DNA of 55,187 nucleotides from the NCBI GenBank assembly GCA_023394655.1, contig JAEXAG010000154.1, positions 1 through 55,187 on the forward strand, given 5' to 3'. This document shows, piece after piece, positions 20,597 through 31,602 of the stretch. The position numbers were made by a program, and so were the translations under genes. The notes under the pieces were generated by a model. That model was not told where the DNA came from and did not search any database. It saw only the letters and a list, made by a program, of their open reading frames with translations. Source of the stretch: Pseudomonadota bacterium. Its GTDB lineage: Bacteria; Pseudomonadota; Gammaproteobacteria; Xanthomonadales; Xanthomonadaceae. Numbering within the stretch: position 1 is the first letter of the stretch; every line of letters begins with the position of its first letter.

Positions 20597-20713
20597 ATGC
20601 TTCCCGAGGCCGCACGTCCGCCGGTTCCCGCGCCGGTGCCTTCCACGCCGCATCGGCAGTGTCATCCCGCTTCCGCGCGTCGCCGCCGCGGCCTCCATCG
20701 TCGCGTTGCATGA
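20597..20713 (+). CDS. Putative 38-aa bridging mini-ORF between frr and uppS
   Basis: ATG 5 nt after the frr stop, open frame [38 protein letters not shown], and its TGA overlaps the uppS ATG (ATGA). Confidence 0.35.
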   Translation: MLPEAARPPVPAPVPSTPHRQCHPASARRRRGLHRRVA

Positions 20714-21468
20714 ACGAATCCGACCGCCCGCTGCCCCGCCATCTCGCCGTCATCATGGACGGCAACGGGCGCTGGGCCGAACAACGTCGCCGCCCGCGGC
20801 TGATCGGCCATCGCGCCGGCGCGCGCGCCGTGCAGGCTTGCGTCGAGTTCTGCCTGGCCCAAGGCGTCGAGGCACTGACCCTGTTCGCCTTCTCCAGCGA
20901 GAACTGGGGCCGGCCGCAGGAAGAAGTCAGCGGTTTGATGAAGCTGTTCACCGGCACCCTCGACCGCGAGGTGGAAGAATTGCACCGGCGCGGCATCCGC
21001 CTGCGCTTCATCGGTGATCCGACGCGGTTTTCCGCCGGGATCCGCGCACGCATGGAAGCCGCCGAGCGCCTGACCGCCGGCAACCGCCGCATGACCCTGG
21101 TGATCGCCGCCAGCTATGGCGGCCGGCAGGACATCGTGATGGCGGCCCGCGCACTGGCCCGCGAAGTCGCCGAAGGCCGGCTCGCGGCGGATGCCATCGA
21201 CGAAGCGCTGTTCGCCCGCCACGTCGCCTTGGCCGACCTGCCTCCACCCGATCTCATGATCCGCACCGGCGGCGACCAGCGGGTCAGCAACTTCCTGCTC
21301 TGGCAGCTGGCTTACGCGGAACTCTGGTTCACCGACAAGTTGTGGCCGGAACTGGATGCGGCCACACTGCAGGATGCTTTCGACGATTTCGCCGGCCGCC
21401 AGCGCCGCTTCGGGCTGACCGGGGCGCAGGTGGTCGCCACCGCCAGCAAGGATCCCGCCACCCCATGA
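20710..21468 (+). CDS. uppS: Undecaprenyl diphosphate synthase
   Basis: [22 protein letters not shown] and [16 protein letters not shown]. Confidence 0.97.
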   Translation: MNESDRPLPRHLAVIMDGNGRWAEQRRRPRLIGHRAGARAVQACVEFCLAQGVEALTLFAFSSENWGRPQEEVSGLMKLFTGTLDREVEELHRRGIRLRFIGDPTRFSAGIRARMEAAERLTAGNRRMTLVIAASYGGRQDIVMAARALAREVAEGRLAADAIDEALFARHVALADLPPPDLMIRTGGDQRVSNFLLWQLAYAELWFTDKLWPELDAATLQDAFDDFAGRQRRFGLTGAQVVATASKDPATP

Positions 21469-22331
21469 CCAAGACCCGTGTTCTCGCCGCCCTGGTGATG
21501 GGGCCGCTTGCGATTGCCGCCGTCCTGTTCCTGCCCACGCCCTGGATGATGCTGTTGGCCGCGCTGGTCGTGCTGGCCGGCCTCTGGGAATGGTTCAAGC
21601 TGGCCGGCGTCGAGGATTCGCTCACCCGAAGTTTCCTGATGGCGGCCAACCTGCTGCTGATGGTGATGCTGGTCTGGGCATCGAGCACCGCGCAGGGGGG
21701 CGGCACGCTGGCGCTGTTCCACATCATGATGCTGCTGGGCGTGGCCTGGTGGTGGGTCGCGTTGCTCTGGCTGCGCCATCACCAGTGGAGCGCCGGCAAC
21801 GACGGGATCGGCCGCGCGTTCAAGCTGGTCGCCGGCACGCTGGCGGTGATTCCGGCCTGGTGCGCGCTGGTGGTGATCCACGGCAACCCCGCCGACGACG
21901 TCCTGATCGGGCCGATTCCGCGCAACCACCTGTGGCTGCTGACCGCGCTGATGATCGTGTGGATGGCCGATACCGGCGCCTATTTCAGCGGCCGCAAGTT
22001 CGGTCGTCGCAAGCTGGCGCCGACCATCAGCCCGAACAAGACCATCGAAGGACTCTTGGGCGGCCTGATCGCCGCGGTGCTGGTCGGCGTCGGCTTCGGC
22101 ATGCTGGCCGGGGCCGCCGGCACCCAGCTGGGCTGGGTGGCGCTGGCCGCGCTGCTGACCGCGATCGCATCGGTGATCGGCGACCTGGTGGAAAGCCTGC
22201 TCAAGCGCCAGGCCGGGGTGAAGGATTCCGGTGCCGTCATTCCCGGCCACGGCGGCGTGCTCGACCGCATCGACAGCGTGTTGGCGGCGCTGCCGGTGTT
22301 CGCGCTGTGCAAGGCCAGTTTCGGGTTCTGA
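21465..22331 (+). CDS. cdsA: Phosphatidate cytidylyltransferase
   Basis: Multi-pass membrane protein with [15 protein letters not shown] and [16 protein letters not shown]. Confidence 0.96.
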   Translation: MTKTRVLAALVMGPLAIAAVLFLPTPWMMLLAALVVLAGLWEWFKLAGVEDSLTRSFLMAANLLLMVMLVWASSTAQGGGTLALFHIMMLLGVAWWWVALLWLRHHQWSAGNDGIGRAFKLVAGTLAVIPAWCALVVIHGNPADDVLIGPIPRNHLWLLTALMIVWMADTGAYFSGRKFGRRKLAPTISPNKTIEGLLGGLIAAVLVGVGFGMLAGAAGTQLGWVALAALLTAIASVIGDLVESLLKRQAGVKDSGAVIPGHGGVLDRIDSVLAALPVFALCKASFGF

Positions 22332-22336
22332 GCACG

Positions 22337-23515
22337 ATGGCGGCGCAGCGCATCGCGATCTTCGGCGCCACCGGTTCCATCGGTGCTTCCACGCTGGACG
22401 TGATTGCCCGGCATCCCGGGCGCTACCGCGCCACGGTGCTGGCCGCCGGCCATCGCGTGGATGACCTGCTCGCGCTGTGTCGAACGCACCGGCCAGACCA
22501 TGCGGTGATCGCCGATCCCGACGGTTTCGAGCGCCTGCGCGACGGGCTTGCGGATGCCGGCCTCGACACCCGCGCCCACGCTGGCATGGACGCGATGGAC
22601 GCACTGGCCGCCAGCGATGCCTGCGACACCGTGGTGGCCGCGATCGTCGGTGCCGCCGGGCTTTCGTCCACGCTTGCCGCGGCGCGCGCCGGCAAGCGCC
22701 TCCTGCTGGCCAACAAGGAGTCGCTGGTGCTGGCCGGCGACCTGCTGATGGCGGCGGTCGCGGCTTCCGCCAGCGTGCTGGTGCCGATCGACAGCGAGCA
22801 CAACGCGATCTTCCAGTGCCTGCCGGACGGCCGTTGCGACGATGGCGTGGCGCGCATCATCCTCACCGCCTCGGGCGGGCCGTTCCACGGCCGCAGCCGG
22901 GCGGAACTCGCCACGGTCACGCCCGCCGAGGCCGTCGCGCATCCGCGCTGGTCGATGGGCCCGAAGATTTCGGTCGATTCCGCCACGCTGATGAACAAGG
23001 GCCTGGAAGTCATCGAGGCCCATCACCTGTTCGGGCTGCCGGGTGCGCGCATCGACGTGCTCGTGCATCCACAATCGCTGGTCCATTCGTTCGTCGAGTT
23101 CATCGATGGATCGACCTTGGCGCAGCTCGGGCTGCCGGACATGCGGACCACGCTGGCGTATGGCCTGGCCTGGCCGGAGCGCATCGCCTCGGGTGTCGGC
23201 GGGCTCGACCTGGTAGCGCAGGGCGGCAAGCTCGAGTTCGAGCCGCCGGATCTCGAAACCTTCCCCTGCCTGCGCCTGGCCTACTCGGCGCTGGCCGCCG
23301 GCGGCACCGCCCCGGCGATGCTCAACGCACTCAATGAAGAAGCCGTTTCAGCCTTTCTTCAGGGGCGGATTGCTTTTCTGGACATTCCCGCGCTGGTCGA
23401 AGATGGTCTGGCCGCGCTCCCTTCCGCTTCCGCGGAATCGCTCGAGGCGCTGCGCGAGGCGGACATGTCCGCGCGCCGGCATGCGCTCGCGGCGATCGCG
23501 CGGCTGGATGCGTGA
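22337..23515 (+). CDS. dxr: 1-deoxy-D-xylulose-5-phosphate reductoisomerase
   Basis: [26 protein letters not shown] and [15 protein letters not shown]. Confidence 0.97.
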   Translation: MAAQRIAIFGATGSIGASTLDVIARHPGRYRATVLAAGHRVDDLLALCRTHRPDHAVIADPDGFERLRDGLADAGLDTRAHAGMDAMDALAASDACDTVVAAIVGAAGLSSTLAAARAGKRLLLANKESLVLAGDLLMAAVAASASVLVPIDSEHNAIFQCLPDGRCDDGVARIILTASGGPFHGRSRAELATVTPAEAVAHPRWSMGPKISVDSATLMNKGLEVIEAHHLFGLPGARIDVLVHPQSLVHSFVEFIDGSTLAQLGLPDMRTTLAYGLAWPERIASGVGGLDLVAQGGKLEFEPPDLETFPCLRLAYSALAAGGTAPAMLNALNEEAVSAFLQGRIAFLDIPALVEDGLAALPSASAESLEALREADMSARRHALAAIARLDA

Positions 23516-23634
23516 TGTTCCCTCGCCCGTTCCTTTCCATCGATGTGCAGCGCCCCCATCCGCCGGCTGACGCCGGCCGGTTCGCATCGGCTGGCCGGAT
23601 GCGCGCGCGGCACGACACGGACGGGGCCGCATGA
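23515..23634 (+). CDS. Putative 39-aa bridging mini-ORF between dxr and rseP
   Basis: TGATG overlap with the dxr stop, open frame [39 protein letters not shown], and ATGA overlap with the rseP start. Confidence 0.4.
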   Translation: MFPRPFLSIDVQRPHPPADAGRFASAGRMRARHDTDGAA

Positions 23635-24986
23635 GCATCCTAGGTCCGCTGTTCTGGCTGATCGTGAGCCTGGGCATCCTCGTCACGATCCACGAATTCG
23701 GGCACTTCTGGGTGGCCCGCCGCTTCGGCGTGCGGGTGCTGCGTTTTTCGGTCGGCTTCGGGCGGCCGCTGTGGCGTCGCCACGGCCGCGACGGCACCGA
23801 ATACGCCATTGCCATGCTGCCGCTGGGCGGCTACGTGAAGATGCTCGACGAGCGCGAGGCCGAAGTGCCGCCCGCACTCCTCGACGGCGCCTTCAATCGC
23901 AAGCCGGTGCTGCAACGCATGGCCATCGTCGCCGCCGGCCCGGTGGCCAACCTGCTGCTCTGCGTCGCCCTGCTGTGGGCCATGTTCGTGATCGGACGCC
24001 CGGATTACAGCCCGGATGTCGGCCGCGTGCAGGGCATCGCGGCGGAATCCGGCTTCCAGCCCGGCGACCGCCTGCTGTCGGTGAAAGGCCGGCCGACCCC
24101 GACCTGGAGCGAGGCGGGGCTCGCGCTCCTGACCGGCAGCCTGGACCGCCAGCCGCTGGCGGTGGAAGTCCGCGACGCCGCGGGCAACACCCGCCAGCGC
24201 ACCCTGCACCTGGAACGCCTGCCCGGCCCGGTGAAGGAGCGCGATGCACTGGCCGCCACCGGCCTGGTGCCGGCGCACTTCGTGGTGCCGGCGCAGGTCG
24301 GCGAGGTGGCGCCGGATGGCCCCGCCGCCGGTCGCCTGCAATCCGGCGACCTGATCCTCTCGGTGGACGGCACTCCGATCGCCGATTTCTCCGCGCTGCC
24401 CGACGCCATTGCCCGCGCCGGCGAGGCCGGCCGCGACGCCCGCCTGCAAGTGCGCCGCGATGGCCGCGACCAACAGGTGACGATCACCCCGCGCAAGCTC
24501 CATCACCCCCGGCGCGGCGATTACTGGGGCATCGGCATCGCCGTGCCGGAGCGCCTGCCGCTGCCGCCCCGCGACGCCCTGCTGCGCTTCGGCCCGTTGG
24601 AGGCGGTTCCGGCCGCGTTCAGGGAAACCTGGCGGCTGGCCAGCGAATCGGTCGGGATGATCGCGCGCATGTTCCGCGGCACCGCGTCGGTGGAGAACGT
24701 CTCCGGCCCGATCACCATCGCCCGGGTCGCCGATCGCTCGGCGGACATGGGCGCGGCGTGGTTCCTGAGCTTCCTGGCGCTGGTCTCGCTGAGTCTGGCC
24801 ATCATCAACCTGCTGCCCGTCCCGTTTCTGGATGGCGGCCACCTGCTGTATTACCTTATCGAGCTGGTCACCGGCCGCCCGCTGGGCGAGCGCGCCATGG
24901 CGATCGGCCAGTTCATCGGCCTGGCGCTCCTGGCCGGCCTGATGGGGCTGGCGTTCTACAATGACATCAACGGGCTGCTGCGATGA
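23631..24986 (+). CDS. rseP: RIP metalloprotease RseP
   Basis: HEFGH, two PDZ-like domains and NLLPVPFLDGGH. Confidence 0.96.
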   Translation: MSILGPLFWLIVSLGILVTIHEFGHFWVARRFGVRVLRFSVGFGRPLWRRHGRDGTEYAIAMLPLGGYVKMLDEREAEVPPALLDGAFNRKPVLQRMAIVAAGPVANLLLCVALLWAMFVIGRPDYSPDVGRVQGIAAESGFQPGDRLLSVKGRPTPTWSEAGLALLTGSLDRQPLAVEVRDAAGNTRQRTLHLERLPGPVKERDALAATGLVPAHFVVPAQVGEVAPDGPAAGRLQSGDLILSVDGTPIADFSALPDAIARAGEAGRDARLQVRRDGRDQQVTITPRKLHHPRRGDYWGIGIAVPERLPLPPRDALLRFGPLEAVPAAFRETWRLASESVGMIARMFRGTASVENVSGPITIARVADRSADMGAAWFLSFLALVSLSLAIINLLPVPFLDGGHLLYYLIELVTGRPLGERAMAIGQFIGLALLAGLMGLAFYNDINGLLR

Positions 24987-25024
24987 CCCTCGTGGCCGCC
25001 CTTCTTCTTGGCAAAACCGGATAA
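24983..25024 (+). CDS. Putative 13-aa bridging mini-ORF between rseP and bamA
   Basis: ATGA overlap with the rseP stop, peptide MTLVAALLLGKTG, and its TAA ends 5 nt before the bamA ATG. Confidence 0.3.
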   Translation: MTLVAALLLGKTG

Positions 25025-25029
25025 CCGCA

Positions 25030-27531
25030 ATGACGCGAACCCCCACCCGTCGCCGCCTGCTGGCTCTGGCGCTCGCCTCCGCCCTCGCCGTCCCCGCCTG
25101 GGCGCAGTCGATCGAACCGTTCACCGTCAGCGACATCCGCGTCGATGGCCTGCAGCGCATCTCCGCCGGCACGGTGTTCACCTACCTGCCGATCGAGCGC
25201 GGCGACCGCATCGACCAGGCCAAGGCCGGCGACGCGATCCGTGCGCTCTACCGCACCGGCTTCTTCGAGGACATCCGCCTCGACCGCCAGGGCGACATCC
25301 TGGTGCTGACGGTGGCCGAGCGTCCGGCGATCAACCGCCTCACGGTCAGCGGCAACAAGGACCTGCAGACCGACCAGCTGATGAAGAGCCTCAAGGACAT
25401 CGGGCTGTCCGAAGGCGAGACCTACGACCGCATGAGCCTGGACCGGGTGCAGCAGGAGCTGACGCGCGCCTACCAGAACCGCGGCAAGTACAACGTCGAG
25501 ATCGAGCCGAAGGTGACCCGCCTCGACCGCAACCGCGTCGACGTCGCGATCGAGATCAAGGAAGGCAAGGCCGCCAGGATCCGCCACGTGAACGTGATCG
25601 GCAACGAGCTGTTCAGCGACAAGGAACTGCTGGGCAACTGGGAATCGCGCCCGACCAACTGGCTCAGCTGGTACCGCCGCGACGACCAGTACTCGAAGGA
25701 AAAGCTCTCCGGCGATCTCGAGAAGCTGCAGTCCTACTACCTCGACCGCGGCTACATCGATGCCGAGATCGGCCCGGACAACACCCAGGTCTCGATCAGC
25801 CCCGACAAGCGCGATGTCTACATCACCGCCGGCATCACCGAAGGCCAGCAGTACCGCATCTCCACCGTCTCGGTCAGCGGCGACACCGTGCTGCCCAAGG
25901 AGGAGGTGGAGCGCCAGGTCGGCCTGTTCGTGCGACCGGACGCCGTGTTCTCGCGGCGCATGCTGGAAATGGCCACCGAGAGCATCACCACCGCGCTCAG
26001 CAACGTCGGCTACGCGTTCGCGCAGGTCAACCCGGTCCCGGACGTGGACCGCGAGAACCGCACCGTCGGCATCGACATGCAAGTCGTCCCCGGTCCGCGC
26101 GTGAACGTGCGCCGCATCGTGTTCAAGGACAACAACCGCACCAAGGACGAAGTGCTGCGCCGCGAGATGCGCCAGTTCGAAGGCGGCTGGTACTCGCAGG
26201 CGGCCATCGACCGCTCCAAGATCCGCCTGCAGCAGCTCGGCTACTTCTCCGAGGTGGACATCGAAAGCCGCCCGGTGGCCGGCAGCAACGACCAGGTGGA
26301 CCTGGAAGTGAAGGTCAAGGAGGAGAACTCCGGCCAGGTGATGCTGACGCTGGGCTACTCGCAGGTTGCCGGCGTGCAGATCAGCGGCCAGCTGTCCGAG
26401 AGCAACTTCCTCGGCAGCGGCAACCGCGTCTCCATCGCGGCGATGCGCTCGTACTACCAGAAGCGCTACGAGTTCTCCTTCCTGAACCCGTACTTCACCG
26501 ACAACGGCGTGTCGCTCGGCTACAACCTGTGGTGGACGGAGTTCGACTACTCCAACTTCAACATGGCGCAGTACTCGACGAACTCCGGCGCGGCGCAGAT
26601 GTTCCTGGGCCTGCCGATCACCGAGTACGACACCGTCAGCTGGATGCTCGGCATCGACAACAAGAAGGTGCTGGCGATCCCCGACGCCACTCCGCAGGCG
26701 ATCGTCGATTACATCGACGCGGTCGGCAACCAGACCTTCCACTCATGGCGCACCCAGCTGGCGTTCGCGCGCGACACCCGCAACGACGGCCTGCGCCCCT
26801 CCGCCGGCACCTTCCAGCGCGTCAGCCTGGAAGCCACCCTGCCCGGCTCCACCGTGCAGTACTACAAGCTGGACTACCAGTTCTCGAAGTACTTCCCGCT
26901 GAGCCCGGCGCTGGTGCTGAACACCGCTTTCAACCTCGGCTACGGCGACTCCTACGGCCAGGAGTTCACCCGCAACATCTGCTGGACCGCACCGACGCCG
27001 CCGACCGAGGCCAACCCGAATCCGCCGGCGCCGCCCGCGCCGACCGAACCCTGCCTGCCGACTTCGCCCGATTACGTCAAGACCGTCCACGCCAGCGGCC
27101 TCCCGTTCTTCGAGAACTTCTACGCCGGCGGCGTGTCCTCGACCGGTCGCGTGCGCGGCTTCGTGGACAACACGCTGGGCCCGACGGTCCCCGGCCCCTA
27201 CGGCGGCTACGCCCAGCCGATCGGCGGTGCGTTCCGCACCACCGGCACGGTCGAGATGTTCTTCCCGAAGCTGATCGACAGCCCGGCCGCGCGCATCTCG
27301 GCCTTCGTGGATTTCGGCAACGTGTTCGCCGGCTTCGACGATTTCGATGCCAAGGAACTGCGCGTCTCCACCGGCCTGTCGCTGATGTGGCGCTCGCCGA
27401 TGGGCCCGATCTCGATCAGCTACGCGCTGCCGCTGCGCAAGCAGGACGCCGTGTACGACACCAACGGCGCGCTGGTCCGCCCGGGCGACCGCATCGAGCG
27501 GCTGCAGTTCACCTTCGCCGGCGCGTTCTGA
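25030..27531 (+). CDS. bamA: Outer membrane protein assembly factor BamA
   Basis: Signal peptide, POTRA repeats (DIRVDGLQRIS, VLRREMRQ), VRGF motif and a C-terminal Phe. Confidence 0.97.
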   Translation: MTRTPTRRRLLALALASALAVPAWAQSIEPFTVSDIRVDGLQRISAGTVFTYLPIERGDRIDQAKAGDAIRALYRTGFFEDIRLDRQGDILVLTVAERPAINRLTVSGNKDLQTDQLMKSLKDIGLSEGETYDRMSLDRVQQELTRAYQNRGKYNVEIEPKVTRLDRNRVDVAIEIKEGKAARIRHVNVIGNELFSDKELLGNWESRPTNWLSWYRRDDQYSKEKLSGDLEKLQSYYLDRGYIDAEIGPDNTQVSISPDKRDVYITAGITEGQQYRISTVSVSGDTVLPKEEVERQVGLFVRPDAVFSRRMLEMATESITTALSNVGYAFAQVNPVPDVDRENRTVGIDMQVVPGPRVNVRRIVFKDNNRTKDEVLRREMRQFEGGWYSQAAIDRSKIRLQQLGYFSEVDIESRPVAGSNDQVDLEVKVKEENSGQVMLTLGYSQVAGVQISGQLSESNFLGSGNRVSIAAMRSYYQKRYEFSFLNPYFTDNGVSLGYNLWWTEFDYSNFNMAQYSTNSGAAQMFLGLPITEYDTVSWMLGIDNKKVLAIPDATPQAIVDYIDAVGNQTFHSWRTQLAFARDTRNDGLRPSAGTFQRVSLEATLPGSTVQYYKLDYQFSKYFPLSPALVLNTAFNLGYGDSYGQEFTRNICWTAPTPPTEANPNPPAPPAPTEPCLPTSPDYVKTVHASGLPFFENFYAGGVSSTGRVRGFVDNTLGPTVPGPYGGYAQPIGGAFRTTGTVEMFFPKLIDSPAARISAFVDFGNVFAGFDDFDAKELRVSTGLSLMWRSPMGPISISYALPLRKQDAVYDTNGALVRPGDRIERLQFTFAGAF

Positions 27532-27537
27532 CGCGCC

Positions 27538-28560
27538 ATGTCCAGGGGCCATACCGCTCGGGAACTGGCGGATCGCTTCGGGCTGGAACTGCATGGCGAG
27601 GGCGACGTCCGCATCCAGGGCGTCGCCACGCTGGCCCATGCCGGTCCCGGTGATCTGGGTTTCCTCGCCAATCCGCGCTACCGCAGCCAGCTGGGCGAGA
27701 GCCGTGCCGGGCTGGTGGTCATGCGCGAAGCCGACGTGGCGCACGCGCCGATGGCCGCGCTGGTGGCCCGCGATCCCTACGCCGCGTTCGCGCGCATGGC
27801 CGCGCTGTTCGAGCCGAAGCCGGAACATCCGCCGGGCATCCATCCCAGCGCGGTGATCGCGCCGGAAGCGGTGATCGATCCGAGCGCGCACGTCGGCCCG
27901 TTCGTCAGCATCGGTGCGCGCACGCATGTGGGGGCCGCCGCCGTGATCGGCGCCGGATCGGTGATCGGCGAAGACTGCGTGATCGGTGCCGGCAGCGAAC
28001 TCATTGCCCGCGTGACCCTGGTGACGCGCGTCCGGCTCGGCCAGCGCGTGCGCATCCATCCCGGTGCCGTGCTCGGCGCGGACGGTTTCGGCCTTGCCAT
28101 GGAGAACGGCCGCTGGATCAAGGTGCCGCAGCTCGGCGGCGTGGTGCTGGGCGATGACTGCGAAATCGGCGCCAACACCTGCATCGACCGCGGCGCGCTG
28201 GACGACACCGTGCTGGAAGAGGACGTGCGGCTCGACAACCAGATCCAGGTCGGACACAACGTCCGCATCGGCGCGCATACCGCAATGGCCGGCTGCTCGG
28301 CGGTGGCCGGCAGCGCGAAGATCGGGCGCTACTGCCTGATCGGGGGGGCCGCAGGCGTGCTCGGCCACCTCGAGATCTGCGACCAGGCGGTGGTGACCGC
28401 GATGAGCCTGGTCACCCATTCGATCCGCGAACCGGGCGAGTATTCTTCCGGCACGCCTTTGATGGACAATCGCAGCTGGCGCCGCAGCGCCGCACGATTC
28501 AAGCAACTCGACAAGCTGTTCCGCGAAGTACGCGACGGCGAAGACAAGGGCAACCCATGA
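27538..28560 (+). CDS. lpxD: UDP-3-O-(3-hydroxyacyl)glucosamine N-acyltransferase
   Basis: Hexapeptide repeats, GADGFG, IDRGALDDT and DNQIQVGHNV. Confidence 0.96.
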   Translation: MSRGHTARELADRFGLELHGEGDVRIQGVATLAHAGPGDLGFLANPRYRSQLGESRAGLVVMREADVAHAPMAALVARDPYAAFARMAALFEPKPEHPPGIHPSAVIAPEAVIDPSAHVGPFVSIGARTHVGAAAVIGAGSVIGEDCVIGAGSELIARVTLVTRVRLGQRVRIHPGAVLGADGFGLAMENGRWIKVPQLGGVVLGDDCEIGANTCIDRGALDDTVLEEDVRLDNQIQVGHNVRIGAHTAMAGCSAVAGSAKIGRYCLIGGAAGVLGHLEICDQAVVTAMSLVTHSIREPGEYSSGTPLMDNRSWRRSAARFKQLDKLFREVRDGEDKGNP

Positions 28561-29012
28561 GCCAGACCGTACAGATGCCGCTCGACGTGGAAGGAATCCG
28601 CGCCCTGCTGCCGCACCGCTATCCCTTCCTGCTGGTCGATCGCGTGATCGAGCTGGAACCGGGCAAGCGCATCCGCGCGTGGAAGAACGTCAGCATCAAC
28701 GAACCCTATTTCAACGGCCACTTCCCGGCCCACGCGGTGATGCCGGGCGTGCTGGTGATCGAGGCGCTGGCGCAGGCCGGCGGGCTTCTGAGCCACCTGA
28801 GCCGCGGCGGCGCGCTGGAGGGCAAGATCTCCTATCTGGTGAAGGTGGACGCGGCGAAGTTCTCGCAGATGGTGGTGCCCGGCGATCGGCTTGAGCTGGA
28901 AGTCGTCATCAAGCGCGAAATCCGCAACATGGTGCAGTACGTGGGCACGGCGATGGTCGACGGCAAGCAGGTCGCCTGCGCCGAGATCCTCTGCGCCGAG
29001 GTGGATGCCTGA
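28557..29012 (+). CDS. fabZ: 3-hydroxyacyl-ACP dehydratase
   Basis: [13 protein letters not shown] and GHFP...[12 protein letters not shown]. Confidence 0.97.
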   Translation: MSQTVQMPLDVEGIRALLPHRYPFLLVDRVIELEPGKRIRAWKNVSINEPYFNGHFPAHAVMPGVLVIEALAQAGGLLSHLSRGGALEGKISYLVKVDAAKFSQMVVPGDRLELEVVIKREIRNMVQYVGTAMVDGKQVACAEILCAEVDA

Positions 29013-29013
29013 G

Positions 29014-29793
29014 ATGGCGCGCATACACCCCGCCGCCGTGGTCGATCCGTCCGCGCGGCTGGCGGAGGATGTGGAAATCGGCGCCTTCACCGTGGTCGGC
29101 CCGGAGGTGGAGATCGGCGCAGGCACGGTGATCGGCCCGCATTGCAGCATCACCGGCCCGACCCGCATCGGCTGCCGCAACATCATCCACGGGCACGCCG
29201 CGATCGGCGGCGACCCGCAGGACAAGAAGTACCGTGGCGAGCGCGTCACGCTGGAAATCGGCGACGACAACCGCATCCGCGAATTCACCACCATCAACCG
29301 CGGCACCGAGGACGGCGGCCACGTCACCCGGATCGGCAACCGCAACTGGCTCCTGGCCTATGTCCACGTTGCCCATGATTGCCAGGTCGGCAACGATTGC
29401 GTGTTTTCCAACAACGCGACCCTTGCCGGCCACGTCGTCGTCGAGGACCACGTGATCCTCTCGGGCTTCGCGGGCGTCCACCAGTTCTGCCGCATCGGCG
29501 CGCACGCCTTCATCGGCATGGGCGCCTTCGTCAACGGCGACGTGCCGCCCTTCGTCACCGTGGCCCAGGACAAGTACGCCCGCGCCCGCGGCATCAACGC
29601 CGAAGGGCTGAAGCGCCGCGGCTTCGATGCCGCGCGCATCACCGCCATCCGCCGCGCCTATCGCGCGCTGTATCTCGGCGACGCCAAACTGGACGAGGCG
29701 AAGGCGGAGATCGCCGAGATCGCCGCCGCAAGCGAGGACGTGCGCGCCTTCCTCGATTTCATCGAAGCGGGTGAACGGCCGCTGCTGCGATGA
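29014..29793 (+). CDS. lpxA: Acyl-ACP--UDP-N-acetylglucosamine O-acyltransferase
   Basis: [30 protein letters not shown] and VHQFCRIG. Confidence 0.96.
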   Translation: MARIHPAAVVDPSARLAEDVEIGAFTVVGPEVEIGAGTVIGPHCSITGPTRIGCRNIIHGHAAIGGDPQDKKYRGERVTLEIGDDNRIREFTTINRGTEDGGHVTRIGNRNWLLAYVHVAHDCQVGNDCVFSNNATLAGHVVVEDHVILSGFAGVHQFCRIGAHAFIGMGAFVNGDVPPFVTVAQDKYARARGINAEGLKRRGFDAARITAIRRAYRALYLGDAKLDEAKAEIAEIAAASEDVRAFLDFIEAGERPLLR

Positions 29794-30944
29794 GCCTGCC
29801 CGCCGGCCCGCGGATCGCGCTGTGCGCGGGCGAGGCTTCCGGCGACCTGCTCGGCGCCGGCCTGATCGAGGCCTTGCGCGCACGCCATCCGGACGCACGG
29901 TTCGCCGGCATCGGCGGCCCGAAGATGCGCGCCGCCGGCATGGAAACCTGGCGCGACGCCGAAGAACTGGCGGTGATGGGGCTTTCCGAAGTGCTGGCGC
30001 ACCTGCCGCGGCTCTTGCGACTGCGCCGCGATTTCCGCCAGCGACTGCTGGCTTGGCAGCCCGACGTGTTCATCGGCATCGATGCCCCGGATTTCAACCT
30101 CCGCGTCGAGAAGTGGCTGAAGGCACGCGGCACGCGCACGGTGCATTACGTCAGCCCGAGCGTCTGGGCGTGGCGGGAATCGCGCGCCGCGAAGATGGGC
30201 GAGGCCGCCGATCGCGTGCTGTGCCTGTTCCCGATGGAGCCGCCGATCTACGCCCGCCACGGCGTCGATGCGGCGTTCGTCGGCCACCCGATGGCGGACG
30301 CCATTGCGTTCGTCCCCGACCGCGCGGCCGCGCGCGCCGAGCTTGGCGTCACCCCGGGCATTCCGGTGCTGGCCCTGCTCCCCGGCTCCCGGCTCGGCGA
30401 AATCCGGCGAATGCTGCCGGTGTTCCTTGCCGCCGCCGCACGGCTGGCGGCGGAGATCTCCGCGCTGGAAGTGCTGGTGCCGGCCGCGAACCCGGCCTGC
30501 CGGGCGGCGATCGAAGCGGAGATCGCCGCGCACGGCCAGTCCCTGCGCACGCGAGTGCTGGATGGCCGCGCGCAGGCCGCGATGATCGCCGCCGACGCGG
30601 TGCTGCTGGCATCCGGCACCGCGGCACTGGAAGCGATGCTGTGCAAGCGGCCGATGGTGGTCGGACATCGCGTCTCGGAGCTGACCTACGGCATCGTCAA
30701 GACCTTCGGGCTGCTCAAGACCCGCCACGTCAGCCTGCCCAACATCCTCGCCGGCGAGACGCTGGTGCCCGAGCTGCTGCAGGACGATTGCACGCCCGAA
30801 TCGATCGCGGATGCGCTGCTGCACTGGTTCCGGGATGACGATGCCGTCGCCCGCCTGCTGCCGCGCTTCGAGGCGCTGCATCTCGAACTGCGGCAGGATG
30901 CCTCGGCGCGCGCGGCGGAAGCCGTGTCCGGGGTGCTGGCGTGA
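29790..30944 (+). CDS. lpxB: Lipid-A-disaccharide synthase
   Basis: [28 protein letters not shown] and LLPGSR. Confidence 0.96.
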   Translation: MSLPAGPRIALCAGEASGDLLGAGLIEALRARHPDARFAGIGGPKMRAAGMETWRDAEELAVMGLSEVLAHLPRLLRLRRDFRQRLLAWQPDVFIGIDAPDFNLRVEKWLKARGTRTVHYVSPSVWAWRESRAAKMGEAADRVLCLFPMEPPIYARHGVDAAFVGHPMADAIAFVPDRAAARAELGVTPGIPVLALLPGSRLGEIRRMLPVFLAAAARLAAEISALEVLVPAANPACRAAIEAEIAAHGQSLRTRVLDGRAQAAMIAADAVLLASGTAALEAMLCKRPMVVGHRVSELTYGIVKTFGLLKTRHVSLPNILAGETLVPELLQDDCTPESIADALLHWFRDDDAVARLLPRFEALHLELRQDASARAAEAVSGVLA

Positions 30945-31558
30945 ACCTGCCGCTGTTCGCCCCGCCCGCGCTCGACCTGCTGCAGCGAGTGGCTGGCGTC
31001 GACGAAGCCGGACGCGGACCGCTGGCCGGTCCGGTCGCGGTGGCCGCGGTGATCCTGGACCCGCTGCGTCCGATCGATGGCCTGGCGGACTCCAAGGCGC
31101 TGTCGGCCACGCGCCGGGAGGCGCTGGCGCCGCTGATCCGGGCCCGGGCCATTGCCTGGCACGTCGAATTCGTGGAAGTCGCCGAAATCGACGCGCTCAA
31201 CATCCTGCACGCCACGATGGCCGGCATGGCGCGCGCATTGGCGGCACTCGATCCGACGCCGACCTTCGCCCGCATCGACGGCAATCGCCTGCCGCCCGCG
31301 CCGTGCTGTCCGGCGGAAGCGCTGGTGGGCGGCGATGCCCGCGAGCCGGCGATCATGGCCGCCTCGATCCTCGCCAAGACCGCCCGCGATGCACGACTGC
31401 GCGAACTGGACGCGGAATATCCGGGCTACGGTTTCGCGCGTCACAAGGGCTACCCGAGTGCCGCGCATTTGGCCGCACTGCGCGAGCACGGCCCCTGCCC
31501 GCAGCATCGGCACAGCTTCGCGCCGGTCCGCGCGGCGCTGGACGCCCGCCGCGCCTGA
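30941..31558 (+). CDS. rnhB: Ribonuclease HII
   Basis: [26 protein letters not shown] and HKGYP. Confidence 0.96.
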   Translation: MNLPLFAPPALDLLQRVAGVDEAGRGPLAGPVAVAAVILDPLRPIDGLADSKALSATRREALAPLIRARAIAWHVEFVEVAEIDALNILHATMAGMARALAALDPTPTFARIDGNRLPPAPCCPAEALVGGDAREPAIMAASILAKTARDARLRELDAEYPGYGFARHKGYPSAAHLAALREHGPCPQHRHSFAPVRAALDARRA

Positions 31559-31602
31559 GGCCACTTCATCTGCCGCACACGTGGCTGCGGCAGGCTCGGG
31601 GC

